32,000 nucleotides of DNA from assembly GCA_022646745.1 (NCBI GenBank), contig CP060262.1:1410001-1442000 (forward strand). Reading direction: 5' to 3'. This DNA comes from Planctomycetales bacterium (lineage in GTDB: Bacteria > 4484-113 > JAFGCY01). A program made the translations under genes and the position numbers. The notes beneath the pieces are model-generated. The model had not been told where the DNA came from. It saw only the letters and a list, made by a program, of their open reading frames with translations, and did no database searches. Shown here one piece after another: positions 25,281-32,000 of this stretch; position 1 is the stretch's first letter; the number at the start of each line of letters is the position of its first letter.

Positions 25281-26708
25281 TCAGCCCTGCTCGCGAGCCA
25301 GCTGGCCGAGCCGCTGGATCGCCCCCTCCACTTCATCCGTCCAGCGCAGCGCGCAGTTCAGCCGGATGCAGTTGCCATAGCGCGCCTGGCTGGTGAAGAT
25401 CGGCCCCGGCGCAATCGAGATCCCCTCCGCCATCGCCGCCTGGAACAGCCGGATCGCGTTGGCTCCACCCGGCAGCTCCACCCACAGCACGTAGCCACCG
25501 CTGGGCCGGGTCAGGCGTGTGCCGCGCGGGAAGTGCTCGCGCACTGACAGCGAGCAGCGCTCCATGCAGTCCCTGAGTGTGCGGCGGAAGCGGCGCAGGT
25601 GTGCATCATAGGCCCCGCTGGCGAGGAAATCCGCCAGCGCCAGCTGCTGGATCGACGGTGCGCCGATCGTGGTGTTGAACTGCAGCTGCTCCATTTCCCC
25701 GAGCAGGGACTGCCCCGCCGCAATCCAGCCGATGCGCAGCCCGGGCGCCAGGCTCTTCGAGAAGGACGAGCACAGCACCACACGGCCCTCCGTATCCCAG
25801 GCCTTGATCGGCGTCGGGCGGCGGCCGGAGTACTGCAGCTCACCGTAGATGTCGTCCTCCAGCACCATGAAGTCGTGCTTCGCCGCCAGCTCCAGCAGCT
25901 TCTGCTTGGACTGGTCCGGCATCAGGCTGCCGAGCGGGTTGCTGAAGCAGGGGATCGTCAGCACGGCGCGGATCCGCCGCACACTGGCCGCCTCCTCCAG
26001 TGCCCGCAGGTCCATCCCGGTCTGCGGGCTGGTCGGCAGCTCCAGCGCACGCAGGCCGTGGTGCTCCAGCACCTGCAGCAGGCCGAAGAAGGTCGGCGAT
26101 TCCACCGCGACTGTGTCCCCCGGCTTGGTCAGTGCCTGCAGGGTCAGGTTCAGCGCATCCATCCCCCCGCTGGTGATCAGGATGTCCCGCGAGCTCAGCT
26201 CGCCCATCCACTTCAGGCTGCGCGCCGCGATCTGCCGCCGCAGCTCCGGCAGGCCCGGCGGGAACTGGTACTGCATTGCAGCTTCGGTCTGCTCGCGTAC
26301 GCAGCGGCCGAGGATCGAAGCCATCCGCTTCACGGGCAGGAAGTCCAGGCTGGGAGCCGCGCAGCCCAGCTGCACATGCTCCGGGTTGGCCGCACTGTGC
26401 AGGAAGTCGTGCAGCATGCGGTTGCCCGGTACATTGGTTCGTTCCATGTCCGGGCTGGTGATCGCGGGAAGCTCCAGCGGCCGCGCCGTACTGTGTCGCA
26501 CATAGTGGCCGCTCTGGGGCAGGGTCTCGATCAGTCCACGGCTTTCCAGCAGGCCGTAGGCCTGCATCACGGTCGAGATGCTGATGCCGAGTTCCGTGCT
26601 CATCGCACGCAGCGACGGCATCTTGTCCCCGGGTTGCATCACACCGCTGCCGATCCGGCGGGCGATGTTGTCCGCGACAGTTTCGTAAAGGAATCCCTGC
26701 TGAGCCAT
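25281..26708 (-). CDS. MocR-family transcriptional regulator (GntR wHTH + class I aminotransferase-like domain)
   Basis: N-terminal SLRAMSTELGISISTVMQAYGLLESRGLIE wHTH. C-terminal fold-type-I domain with SFSKSLAPGLRIGW (PLP-lysine motif). Its stop abuts the azlD stop with 0 bp between (convergent). Confidence 0.9.
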   Translation of the reverse strand: MAQQGFLYETVADNIARRIGSGVMQPGDKMPSLRAMSTELGISISTVMQAYGLLESRGLIETLPQSGHYVRHSTARPLELPAITSPDMERTNVPGNRMLHDFLHSAANPEHVQLGCAAPSLDFLPVKRMASILGRCVREQTEAAMQYQFPPGLPELRRQIAARSLKWMGELSSRDILITSGGMDALNLTLQALTKPGDTVAVESPTFFGLLQVLEHHGLRALELPTSPQTGMDLRALEEAASVRRIRAVLTIPCFSNPLGSLMPDQSKQKLLELAAKHDFMVLEDDIYGELQYSGRRPTPIKAWDTEGRVVLCSSFSKSLAPGLRIGWIAAGQSLLGEMEQLQFNTTIGAPSIQQLALADFLASGAYDAHLRRFRRTLRDCMERCSLSVREHFPRGTRLTRPSGGYVLWVELPGGANAIRLFQAAMAEGISIAPGPIFTSQARYGNCIRLNCALRWTDEVEGAIQRLGQLAREQG

Positions 26709-26709
26709 T

Positions 26710-26778
26710 GCATAACAGATGTACCTTATGCTGCAGGAATTGCAACTGTTATGCTTGTTTTGCAGGCATCTGTTATGC
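26710..26778. promoter_or_regulatory. candidate operator: 11 bp perfect inverted repeat plus a direct copy (CTGTTATGC)
   Basis: gcataacagat (26710-26720) and atctgttatgc (26768-26778) are exact reverse complements. A further ctgttatgc lies at 26746-26754. The first copy begins 2 nt upstream of the regulator's ATG. Confidence 0.4.
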
Positions 26779-26939
26779 CTTTCACGGATGGGATATGCAG
26801 GGGATGTGATTCAGGTACTTGCCAGGTGGGCAACCAGGGAGGGTGGAAGCAAATAACCGCTTCCGAGACTTTATCCGGCCTGTCTTTTCAGGCTCTTCAT
26901 TGCCTGCCACAAACAGCACATGCTTGCGGCAGCAAAGCT

Positions 26940-27113
26940 TCAGGCCGAGGCGATCCTGTCCAGCAGGTAGATCTTCTCGCGGGTATCAAGGCCTTCAAGC
27001 ACCGGGTTGCGGCGCAGTTCCATCAGGAGCAGCTCGAAATCCCAGCTGTTGACCATGTGGTTGAAATGGCTGGTTTCCTCCAGCCGCTGCGAATGTAGTT
27101 CTTCAGCCCGCAT
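26940..27113 (-). CDS. small protein S1 (57 aa), WDFE-LL--LR-NPV family; not in the ORF track
   Basis: Hand translation: MRAEELHSQRLEETSHFNHMVNSWDFELLLMELRRNPVLEGLDTREKIYLLDRIASA*. GGGAGG lies 5 nt upstream of the ATG. Same length as S3 and collinear with S2 and S3 from the Trp to the C-terminus (34 residues each). Confidence 0.6.
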   Translation of the reverse strand: MRAEELHSQRLEETSHFNHMVNSWDFELLLMELRRNPVLEGLDTREKIYLLDRIASA

Positions 27114-27320
27114 GCGGACCTCCCGTTTCCCTTTTCTCCCAACCGCAGCCAGTCCATTTGCCCCGAACTGCTGCGATTGAAATAATCGTAATTAAGTTAC
27201 CTATAGTTAGCCGTAATGAAAAGGGATTTTAATTAACAACCAGTTAAATGGAAGTCAAGCGGTAGTTAACCTTTGGTAAGGCCAGTACTGATGCGGATTG
27301 ATCGCTTGCCGGGCGAGTGC

Positions 27321-27536
27321 TCAGGCCCTGGCGAAGTATTCCTTTGCAATGATCGGTGCGCCGCTTACCACGCATTTCAGGACGGGGTTTCTGCGCAGGT
27401 CTGCCAGTAACTCCTCAAAGTCCCAGCGCTGCAGCAGGTGCTGCTGGTCCCATTCCGCCTGTTCCCAGCGATTGATGCCCCGCTGGTTCCTGTTCTCCTC
27501 ACTGCCCCGCTCTTCCCGGATTCCGTCTACCTGCAT
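27321..27536 (-). CDS. small protein S2 (71 aa), WDFE-LL--LR-NPV family
   Basis: MQVDGIREERGSEENRNQRGINRWEQAEWDQQHLLQRWDFEELLADLRRNPVLKCVVSGAPIIAKEYFARA. GGAGG lies 4 nt upstream. The leader ggaatgcactggaggca is conserved with S3. Confidence 0.65.
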   Translation of the reverse strand: MQVDGIREERGSEENRNQRGINRWEQAEWDQQHLLQRWDFEELLADLRRNPVLKCVVSGAPIIAKEYFARA

Positions 27537-27706
27537 GTTGCCTCCAGTGCATTCCTTCCCACAGCGCGGATCGCATTCCAGCCAACCATCCTTGTCAGCC
27601 TGCGAGCTAATTGATAATACCGAAATTTAACCGGAATTTCAGAATATCCGGCAAATTTAACTTTTATTCCCAAAGCTTGATCAGGTGGCCAGGTCCGCCC
27701 CGTAAC

Positions 27707-27736
27707 AAAAAGTGGCCCCACCATCTGCAGGGCCAC
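27707..27736 (-). terminator. rho-independent terminator of lipoprotein A
   Basis: Minus strand: gtggccc-loop-gggccac followed by tttttg. The stem sequence is shared with the terminator of lipoprotein B. Confidence 0.7.
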
Positions 27737-27792
27737 TCCATATCCACTCTGGGTAGCCGGCTCACCTCCCTGTGATGCCGGCCTCGATTCAC

Positions 27793-29289
27793 TTAGTTAT
27801 CGTTACCGCTGTCGTCTCCGCCACCCTTGCCGGAGTTGTCATCGTCTTCACCGTCATCGTCGCCGCCCTTGCCGGAGTTGTCGTCATCCCCGCCATTGTC
27901 GTCGCCCATGTCATCGCCGCCGTTGTCGTCGCCGGCACCGTCATCATTGCCGCCGCCATTGTCGTCACCGGCGCCATCATCATTGCCACCGCCATTGTCA
28001 TCACCGGCGCCGTCATCGTTGCCGTTGCCGCCATTGTCATCACCGATGTCATCGCCTCCGTTGTCGTCACCGCCGTTGCCGCCGCTGATGCCATCGTCCT
28101 CGAGCTTGACGCGGCGGGCATGCCAGCTGTCACCGCTCAGGTCGCCGGTGATCTCCACGAACATCCCGACCATGAACAGCGCGGGATCCGCATTGCGGTC
28201 GTCGCCGATGCGCCAGACGGTGCTGTCGGAGAGGTCGAAGTCCTGGCCGGCCACCGTGATGATGCTGTCGGAGATCTTCTCGATGAAGCCCTTCACCTCG
28301 AGCTCGTCGATGCCCGTGCCGCTGCCGATGCCGCTGTCATCGCCGCTGCCGGAGCCGCTGCCGATGAAGCCGTCCTCGGTCTTGACCTTGCTCGCGATCC
28401 AGCCGCCGTTGCCGTCGGTGAATCCCTCCACCTCGACGAAAGTGCCGGCGGTGAACTGGGCCGGGTCCGCATTGCGGTTGTCACCGATCCGCCAGACCGT
28501 GCTGCTGGACAGGGCGAAGGTGCTGCCGCCGACGGTGATGCTGTCGGCGCTGATGCTCTCGATCAGTCCCTTGACCTCAAGCTCGTGCAGGCCGCTGTTG
28601 CTGCTGTCATCGATACTGCCGCCGCTGAAGCTGGTGTCCGGCAGTCCGTCGCCGTCGCTGTCATCGAAGCTGTCATCGAAGCTGCCGTCGTTGTTGTCGT
28701 CCACGCGGGTCTCGCCGCCGCGGCGGCGGTGCTGGCGGTGGCTGCTCTCGGAGTTGCCCTTGTCATCGTTCAGGTGGAACTCGACCTCAAGCGCATCAAG
28801 CTGCCCGTCGCTGTCGGAGTCGCTAACGCCGATCTGCTGCAGCAGGTCCGTGACTGCCTGGTTGGCCAGGTCCACCGGGAAGTACAGCTCGATCTCGTCG
28901 AGGCGGCCGTCACCGTCCAGGTCCTGGGTGGACTTGAACTCGATCTTGACCAGGTAGCCGTCGCCGCTGGGGATGCCCTTGAACTCGTACTTGCCGAGGC
29001 TGTCGGTCACATCCGTGCCCATCAGCTGGCCAGTGGAGGTGTTGATCAGGCTGATCAGCAGGCCGGCCATGCCGTCGCCCACAGCGCTGGAGGCCTTCAC
29101 ATCCGTGCCCTGAAGCACGGTGCCATTCACATTGGTGGTGCCGGCGGCCACACCGTTCCCGTTGCCGAGGCCATTGTCACCCGGCAGGGGGGCGCTTGCA
29201 CCGCCACCGCCGCAGGAGGCGATGGTCAGGCTGGTGATGACCGCCGCGAGGAGGCCGATTGCGTTGTTTCTGAATCCCGTGTTTTTCAT
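27793..29289 (-). CDS. lipoprotein A: CarboxypepD_reg-like domain, Asp-rich Ca-binding-like loops, two DUF5666-like repeats, ~95 aa D/G/N/S tail
   Basis: ATG 29289 (AGGAG 8 nt upstream). MKNTGFRNNAIGLLAAVITSLTIASCGGGG lipobox. GTDVTDSLGKYEFKGIPSGDGYLVKIEF. DLDGDGRLDEIE. Two copies of ELEVKG-IE-IS...STVWRIGD-RNADPA-F..G-FVE. C-terminus GGNGGDDNGGDDIGDDNGGNGNDDGAGDDNGGGNDDGAG...DDSGNDN. Confidence 0.85.
   Translation of the reverse strand: MKNTGFRNNAIGLLAAVITSLTIASCGGGGASAPLPGDNGLGNGNGVAAGTTNVNGTVLQGTDVKASSAVGDGMAGLLISLINTSTGQLMGTDVTDSLGKYEFKGIPSGDGYLVKIEFKSTQDLDGDGRLDEIELYFPVDLANQAVTDLLQQIGVSDSDSDGQLDALEVEFHLNDDKGNSESSHRQHRRRGGETRVDDNNDGSFDDSFDDSDGDGLPDTSFSGGSIDDSSNSGLHELEVKGLIESISADSITVGGSTFALSSSTVWRIGDNRNADPAQFTAGTFVEVEGFTDGNGGWIASKVKTEDGFIGSGSGSGDDSGIGSGTGIDELEVKGFIEKISDSIITVAGQDFDLSDSTVWRIGDDRNADPALFMVGMFVEITGDLSGDSWHARRVKLEDDGISGGNGGDDNGGDDIGDDNGGNGNDDGAGDDNGGGNDDGAGDDNGGGNDDGAGDDNGGDDMGDDNGGDDDNSGKGGDDDGEDDDNSGKGGGDDSGNDN
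27796..28100. repeat. coding low-complexity tandem repeats (about 36 bp period in part) encoding the D/G/N tail of lipoprotein A
   Basis: gccgccattgtcgtcaccggcgccatcatcattgcc-type units repeated (DDGAGDDNGGGN on the minus strand). Confidence 0.8.
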
Positions 29290-29370
29290 GTCAGTGCTCC
29301 TGAGTTGAATCTGATGTTGGTAGTGTACCTGCCAAGTAAATCCATAAACAGGTTCACTAATACGAATTAA

Positions 29371-29383
29371 CACCGGTGACACT
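29371..29383. promoter_or_regulatory. conserved CACCGGTGACACT element 82 nt upstream of the lipoprotein A start
   Basis: An identical 13-mer lies at 30950-30962, 83 nt upstream of the lipoprotein B start. The CACCGGTG core is palindromic. Confidence 0.45.
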
Positions 29384-29471
29384 CATGCATGGATTAATAC
29401 TGCATTAGGTGAAAATGATGATAAGCCCTTTATTTAAGGGACTTGTCGAGTATCCAGGGCAAAGGTGCACG

Positions 29472-29513
29472 TAAAAATGTGACCCTTATAACAGTCGCAG
29501 AAACAAGGGTCAC
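29472..29513 (-). terminator. candidate terminator after S3
   Basis: Minus strand: gtgaccctt-17 nt loop-aagggtcac followed by attttta. Confidence 0.45.
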
Positions 29514-29554
29514 TAATGTTTTTCAGTGGAGTTTGCCTGCAGCTTATTCCCGGT

Positions 29555-29728
29555 TCAGGCGCAGGCGAGATAGTCCTGGGCCACGATGAAGCAGTCATCG
29601 GTATCGCCGCGCATCACGGGGTTGTGGCGCAGGGCCGTCAGCAGTTCCTCAAAGTCCCAGCGGCGCAGTTGCTCGAGGTAGTACTCCTCGACCACAAGCC
29701 GCCCGGCGATGGTTGTCCGGTCATTCAT
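29555..29728 (-). CDS. small protein S3 (57 aa), WDFE-LL--LR-NPV family
   Basis: Trimmed from track ORF 29555..29797 to ATG 29728, which has GGAGG 6 nt upstream: MNDRTTIAGRLVVEEYYLEQLRRWDFEELLTALRHNPVMRGDTDDCFIVAQDYLACA. Confidence 0.65.
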   Translation of the reverse strand: MNDRTTIAGRLVVEEYYLEQLRRWDFEELLTALRHNPVMRGDTDDCFIVAQDYLACA

Positions 29729-29867
29729 GACCTGCCTCCATGCATTCCCGTCTACAGCACACTGGCCATCCGGCGGACTTCCCTGTCCGCTGGCCATGCA
29801 TACATTTTATCGGAATTTAACTTTCCTGTGGAGGGACAATTCCAGGCTGTTTCAGCGGTCACATTCC

Positions 29868-29900
29868 AAAAAAAAGTGGCCCCGCAATCCGCAGGGCCAC
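29868..29900 (-). terminator. rho-independent terminator of lipoprotein B
   Basis: Minus strand: gtggccc-tgcggattgcg-gggccac followed by tttttttt. Confidence 0.75.
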
Positions 29901-29952
29901 TTTCGGTCAGTTGCCGGTCCGCCTCCTGCGGGCCGGTAATGCACGTCGCTAA

Positions 29953-30867
29953 TCAGATGTCGTCGCCGGAGTCATCACCGGAATCGTCTCCACTATCGTC
30001 ACCGGAGTCATCTCCACTGTCGTCGCCGGAGTCATCGCCGCTGTCATCACCGGAATCATCGCCGACATCATCGCCACTGTCATCGCCGGAGTCGTCTCCG
30101 ACATCGTCGCCGCCATTGTCATCCCCGCCGTTGTCGTCACCGACATCGTCGCCGCCATTGTCGTCCCCACCGTTGTCGTCGCCGATGTCATCGCCGCCGT
30201 TGTCGTCGCTGGAGTCGTGGTCGTCATCATCATCGGAGATGCCGTCGGCATCGCTGTCATCGAAGCTGTCCTCAAACTGGCCATCGCCGTCGTCGTCGAT
30301 CAGGGTCTCGCCGCTGCGGTGGCGGTGCTCACTGTGGTGGTCCTCCATATGGCCGTGGTCGTCGCTGTAATGGAACTCAACCTCCACTGCATCGAACTCA
30401 CCGTCATCGTCCGAGTCACTCACACCGATGCGCTGCAGCAGCTGGGTGACGGACTGGTCAGCAAGGTTGACCGGGAAGTTCAGCTCGACATGGTCCGGAT
30501 TGCCGTCGCCGTCCAGGTCCTGGCTGGACTGGAACTCGACCTTGACCATGTAGCCGTTGCCGCTCGGCACGCCCTTGAACTCATAATGTCCGGTGCTGTC
30601 GGTCACATCGGTGCCGAATGACTGGCCGCTGCCGTTGAGCAGGGAGACGAGGATGCCGGGCAGGCCGGAGCCGACCGTGGCGGAAACCTTTACATCGCTG
30701 CCCTGCACCAGCTGGCCGCTGACATTGGTGGTACCCGGAGCAACGCCGTTGCCGGGGTCGGGCTGGCCGGCCGCTCCACCGCCGCCGCCGCAGGAAGATA
30801 CTGCGAGAGCGCCCAGCAGGATGCCGGAGGCGAGGATACGGTTGCTCCACTTGCTTGAGTTCTTCAT
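29953..30867 (-). CDS. lipoprotein B: paralog of A lacking the DUF5666-like repeats, with a His-rich segment and ~90 aa (DDSG/DDNGG)n tail
   Basis: ATG 30867 (GGAG upstream). MKNSSKWSNRILASGILLGALAVSSCGGGGG lipobox. GTDVTDSTGHYEFKGVPSGNGYMVKVEF. DLDGDGNPDHVE. EFHYSDDHGHMEDHHSEHRHRSGE. The tail ends DDSGDDSGDDSGDDSGDDSGDDSGDDSGDDSGDDI. Confidence 0.85.
   Translation of the reverse strand: MKNSSKWSNRILASGILLGALAVSSCGGGGGAAGQPDPGNGVAPGTTNVSGQLVQGSDVKVSATVGSGLPGILVSLLNGSGQSFGTDVTDSTGHYEFKGVPSGNGYMVKVEFQSSQDLDGDGNPDHVELNFPVNLADQSVTQLLQRIGVSDSDDDGEFDAVEVEFHYSDDHGHMEDHHSEHRHRSGETLIDDDGDGQFEDSFDDSDADGISDDDDDHDSSDDNGGDDIGDDNGGDDNGGDDVGDDNGGDDNGGDDVGDDSGDDSGDDVGDDSGDDSGDDSGDDSGDDSGDDSGDDSGDDSGDDI
29956..30240. 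repeat. coding tandem repeats (12 bp DDSG units, then DDNGG/DDVG units) of lipoprotein B
   Basis: gtcatcaccggaatcgtctccactatcgtcaccggagtc.... Synonymous codons vary between units. Confidence 0.8.
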
Positions 30868-30911
30868 TTGATTGCTCCAGGTGAGGTTCATGATGTGATG
30901 AGTGTACCGAG

Positions 30912-30968
30912 ACTGAAAGTGATCGAACAGTGTCACTACTGGCTGATTGCACCGGTGACACTTTCAGT
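30912..30968. promoter_or_regulatory. 10 bp inverted repeat ACTGAAAGTG / CACTTTCAGT enclosing CACCGGTGACACT, in the divergent lipoprotein B / MocR intergenic region
   Basis: actgaaagtg (30912-30921) and cactttcagt (30959-30968). A third actttcagtg lies at 31137-31146, 3 nt before the regulator's ATG. Confidence 0.45.
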
Positions 30969-31148
30969 TGCCCCGCCAGTTGATACACGGATACCTATTT
31001 AGATATCATTGCCGTTTGGAACATGTGTTCTTTTCTGAATAAATGATAGGCATTCTCAGTTCCCGGGGCCGCTGGCAAGTGTGCCCGCCCCTAATTGAAA
31101 CAAGTGTCTCTTGCCCGGGATAGTCACAGCGGGGATACTTTCAGTGCA

Positions 31149-32000
31149 ATGGATCTAAGAATTGACAAAGACAGCGAGCAGCCGATCTACGAGCAGATCC
31201 GCCGGCAGATCGTGCAGCTCGTCCGTGACGGGCTGCTGCCCCCGGGCAGCAAGATCCCTTCCGTGCGCCAGCTTGCGCTGAAGCTCGGTGTCGGCAAGAA
31301 CACGGTGAGCCAGGCCTATGACGAACTGTCGGCCGAAAGCATCATCGAGACCAGGCATGGCAGTGGTACATATATCACTGACAGCCCGGGGATTGCCATC
31401 GAGCACAACCTGCGCACCACGAAGGAGAACGGCAACGGCGGAGATTCCCGCAAGATGCGCTGGGATCCCTATAACTTCCGCAGCGAATTCTTCGGCCTGC
31501 CGCGCAGCCGTCGTGACGAGGAGCTGGTTGACTTCACCCGTGCTTCGCCTGATCCGGAACTGTTCCCCTTTGAGCGCATCAAGCAGGTCAGCGCCAACAT
31601 GCTGTGGTACCCCAAGGAGTTCTTCTTCGATGTGGGACACCCCCAGGGCTACCAGCCGCTGGTGGAACACCTCGAGAAGCAGATGGCGCTCAGTGGGGTG
31701 GCGATGGCGGAAGGCGAGAATGACATCATCGTCACCGCCGGCTTCCGCCGTGCACTCGACCTGATCCTCGGCTTCATCCTGCAGCCGGGCCAGAAGGTCG
31801 CCGTGGAGGTGCCGAGCTACAGCGGCCTGCTCAACGTGCTGATTGCCAAGCGCGTCGGCATTGAGCCGGTGCCGATGGACAGCGAAGGCATGGACACCGC
31901 CTACCTCGAGGGCCTCGTTCGCCGTGGTGAGATTTCCGCGGTGATCACTATCCCGACCTACCACAATCCGACCGGGATCACGATGTCCCAGGCCCGCCGC
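31149..32000 (+). CDS. MocR-family transcriptional regulator (N-terminal 284 codons; continues past the right edge)
   Basis: Hand translation from ATG 31149: MDLRIDKDSEQPIYEQIRRQIVQLVRDGLLPPGSKIPSVRQLALKLGVGKNTVSQAYDELSAESIIETRHGSGTYI (GntR wHTH), then an aminotransferase-like region ...VTAGFRRALDLILGFILQPGQKVAVEVPSYSG...ITIPTYHNPTG. Open to the window end, so absent from the ORF track. Confidence 0.85.
   Translation, partial: MDLRIDKDSEQPIYEQIRRQIVQLVRDGLLPPGSKIPSVRQLALKLGVGKNTVSQAYDELSAESIIETRHGSGTYITDSPGIAIEHNLRTTKENGNGGDSRKMRWDPYNFRSEFFGLPRSRRDEELVDFTRASPDPELFPFERIKQVSANMLWYPKEFFFDVGHPQGYQPLVEHLEKQMALSGVAMAEGENDIIVTAGFRRALDLILGFILQPGQKVAVEVPSYSGLLNVLIAKRVGIEPVPMDSEGMDTAYLEGLVRRGEISAVITIPTYHNPTGITMSQARR

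Noticed and set aside
24200-25336. 378 aa minus-strand ORF
   Set aside because: It is antisense to azlC/azlD, with an Arg/Ala/Gly-rich composition and no motifs.
25599-27098. 499 aa plus-strand ORF
   Set aside because: It is antisense to the MocR regulator and to small gene S1. The minus-strand products carry the recognisable wHTH and PLP-lysine motifs.
27772-29370. 532 aa and 376 aa plus-strand ORFs over the lipoprotein A locus (also 29516..30370 over B)
   Set aside because: They are poly-Ala/Val or poly-Ser/Pro translations of the reverse strand of the D/G repeat region. The minus frame has a lipobox, SD, terminator and a paralog.
26940-29728. S1-S3 as RiPP precursor peptides (Nif11/NHLP-like leader plus variable Cys-containing core)
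   Set aside because: The ELL--LR-NP-L...IIAKEY pattern only loosely recalls Nif11-type leaders. There is no Gly-Gly cleavage motif. No radical SAM, lanthionine synthetase, cyclodehydratase or peptidase-domain ABC exporter is in the window. I kept it only as a low-probability alternative.
31155-31964. 269 aa minus-strand ORF
   Set aside because: It is antisense to the second MocR gene, whose plus frame is open from ATG 31149 to the window edge and has a clear GntR wHTH.

Overview
High-GC bacterial chromosomal window, densely coding on both strands. Recognisable housekeeping genes are dnaG, htpX, ybeY-corC, an SDR oxidoreductase, gltX and azlCD. There are also many signal-peptide or lipoprotein genes: an S8 subtilase with a dockerin-like tail, an M60-like metallopeptidase, a two-lobed retropepsin-like aspartyl protease and several secreted proteins of unknown function. 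I recognised no rRNA, tRNA, CRISPR array, transposase or integrase. Five things stand out. (1) At 26.7-31.1 kb, a tandemly duplicated module is bracketed by two MocR-type (GntR + aminotransferase-fold) regulators. Each module is a lipoprotein with a very long Asp/Gly/Asn/Ser tail, its own terminator, and a small 57-71 aa protein with an invariant WDFE-LL--LR-NPV core. A third copy of the small gene (26940..27113) is absent from the ORF track. The paralogous modules share cis elements at matching distances from their start codons. (2) A 2-Cys peroxiredoxin has its peroxidatic Cys codon replaced by an in-frame TGA, followed 10 nt later by a SECIS-like hairpin, so it is probably a selenoprotein; the ORF track shows it as two ORFs. 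(3) A 150 aa protein consists of two fused CsrA domains, the first with a degenerate C-terminal RNA-binding strand. (4) Several families of short stuttering intergenic repeats recur across the window and bound small AT-richer orphan ORFs. (5) A possible 37 aa hydrophobic peptide gene lies in an AT-rich gap. All functional calls rest on motif recognition by eye. No database search was run.
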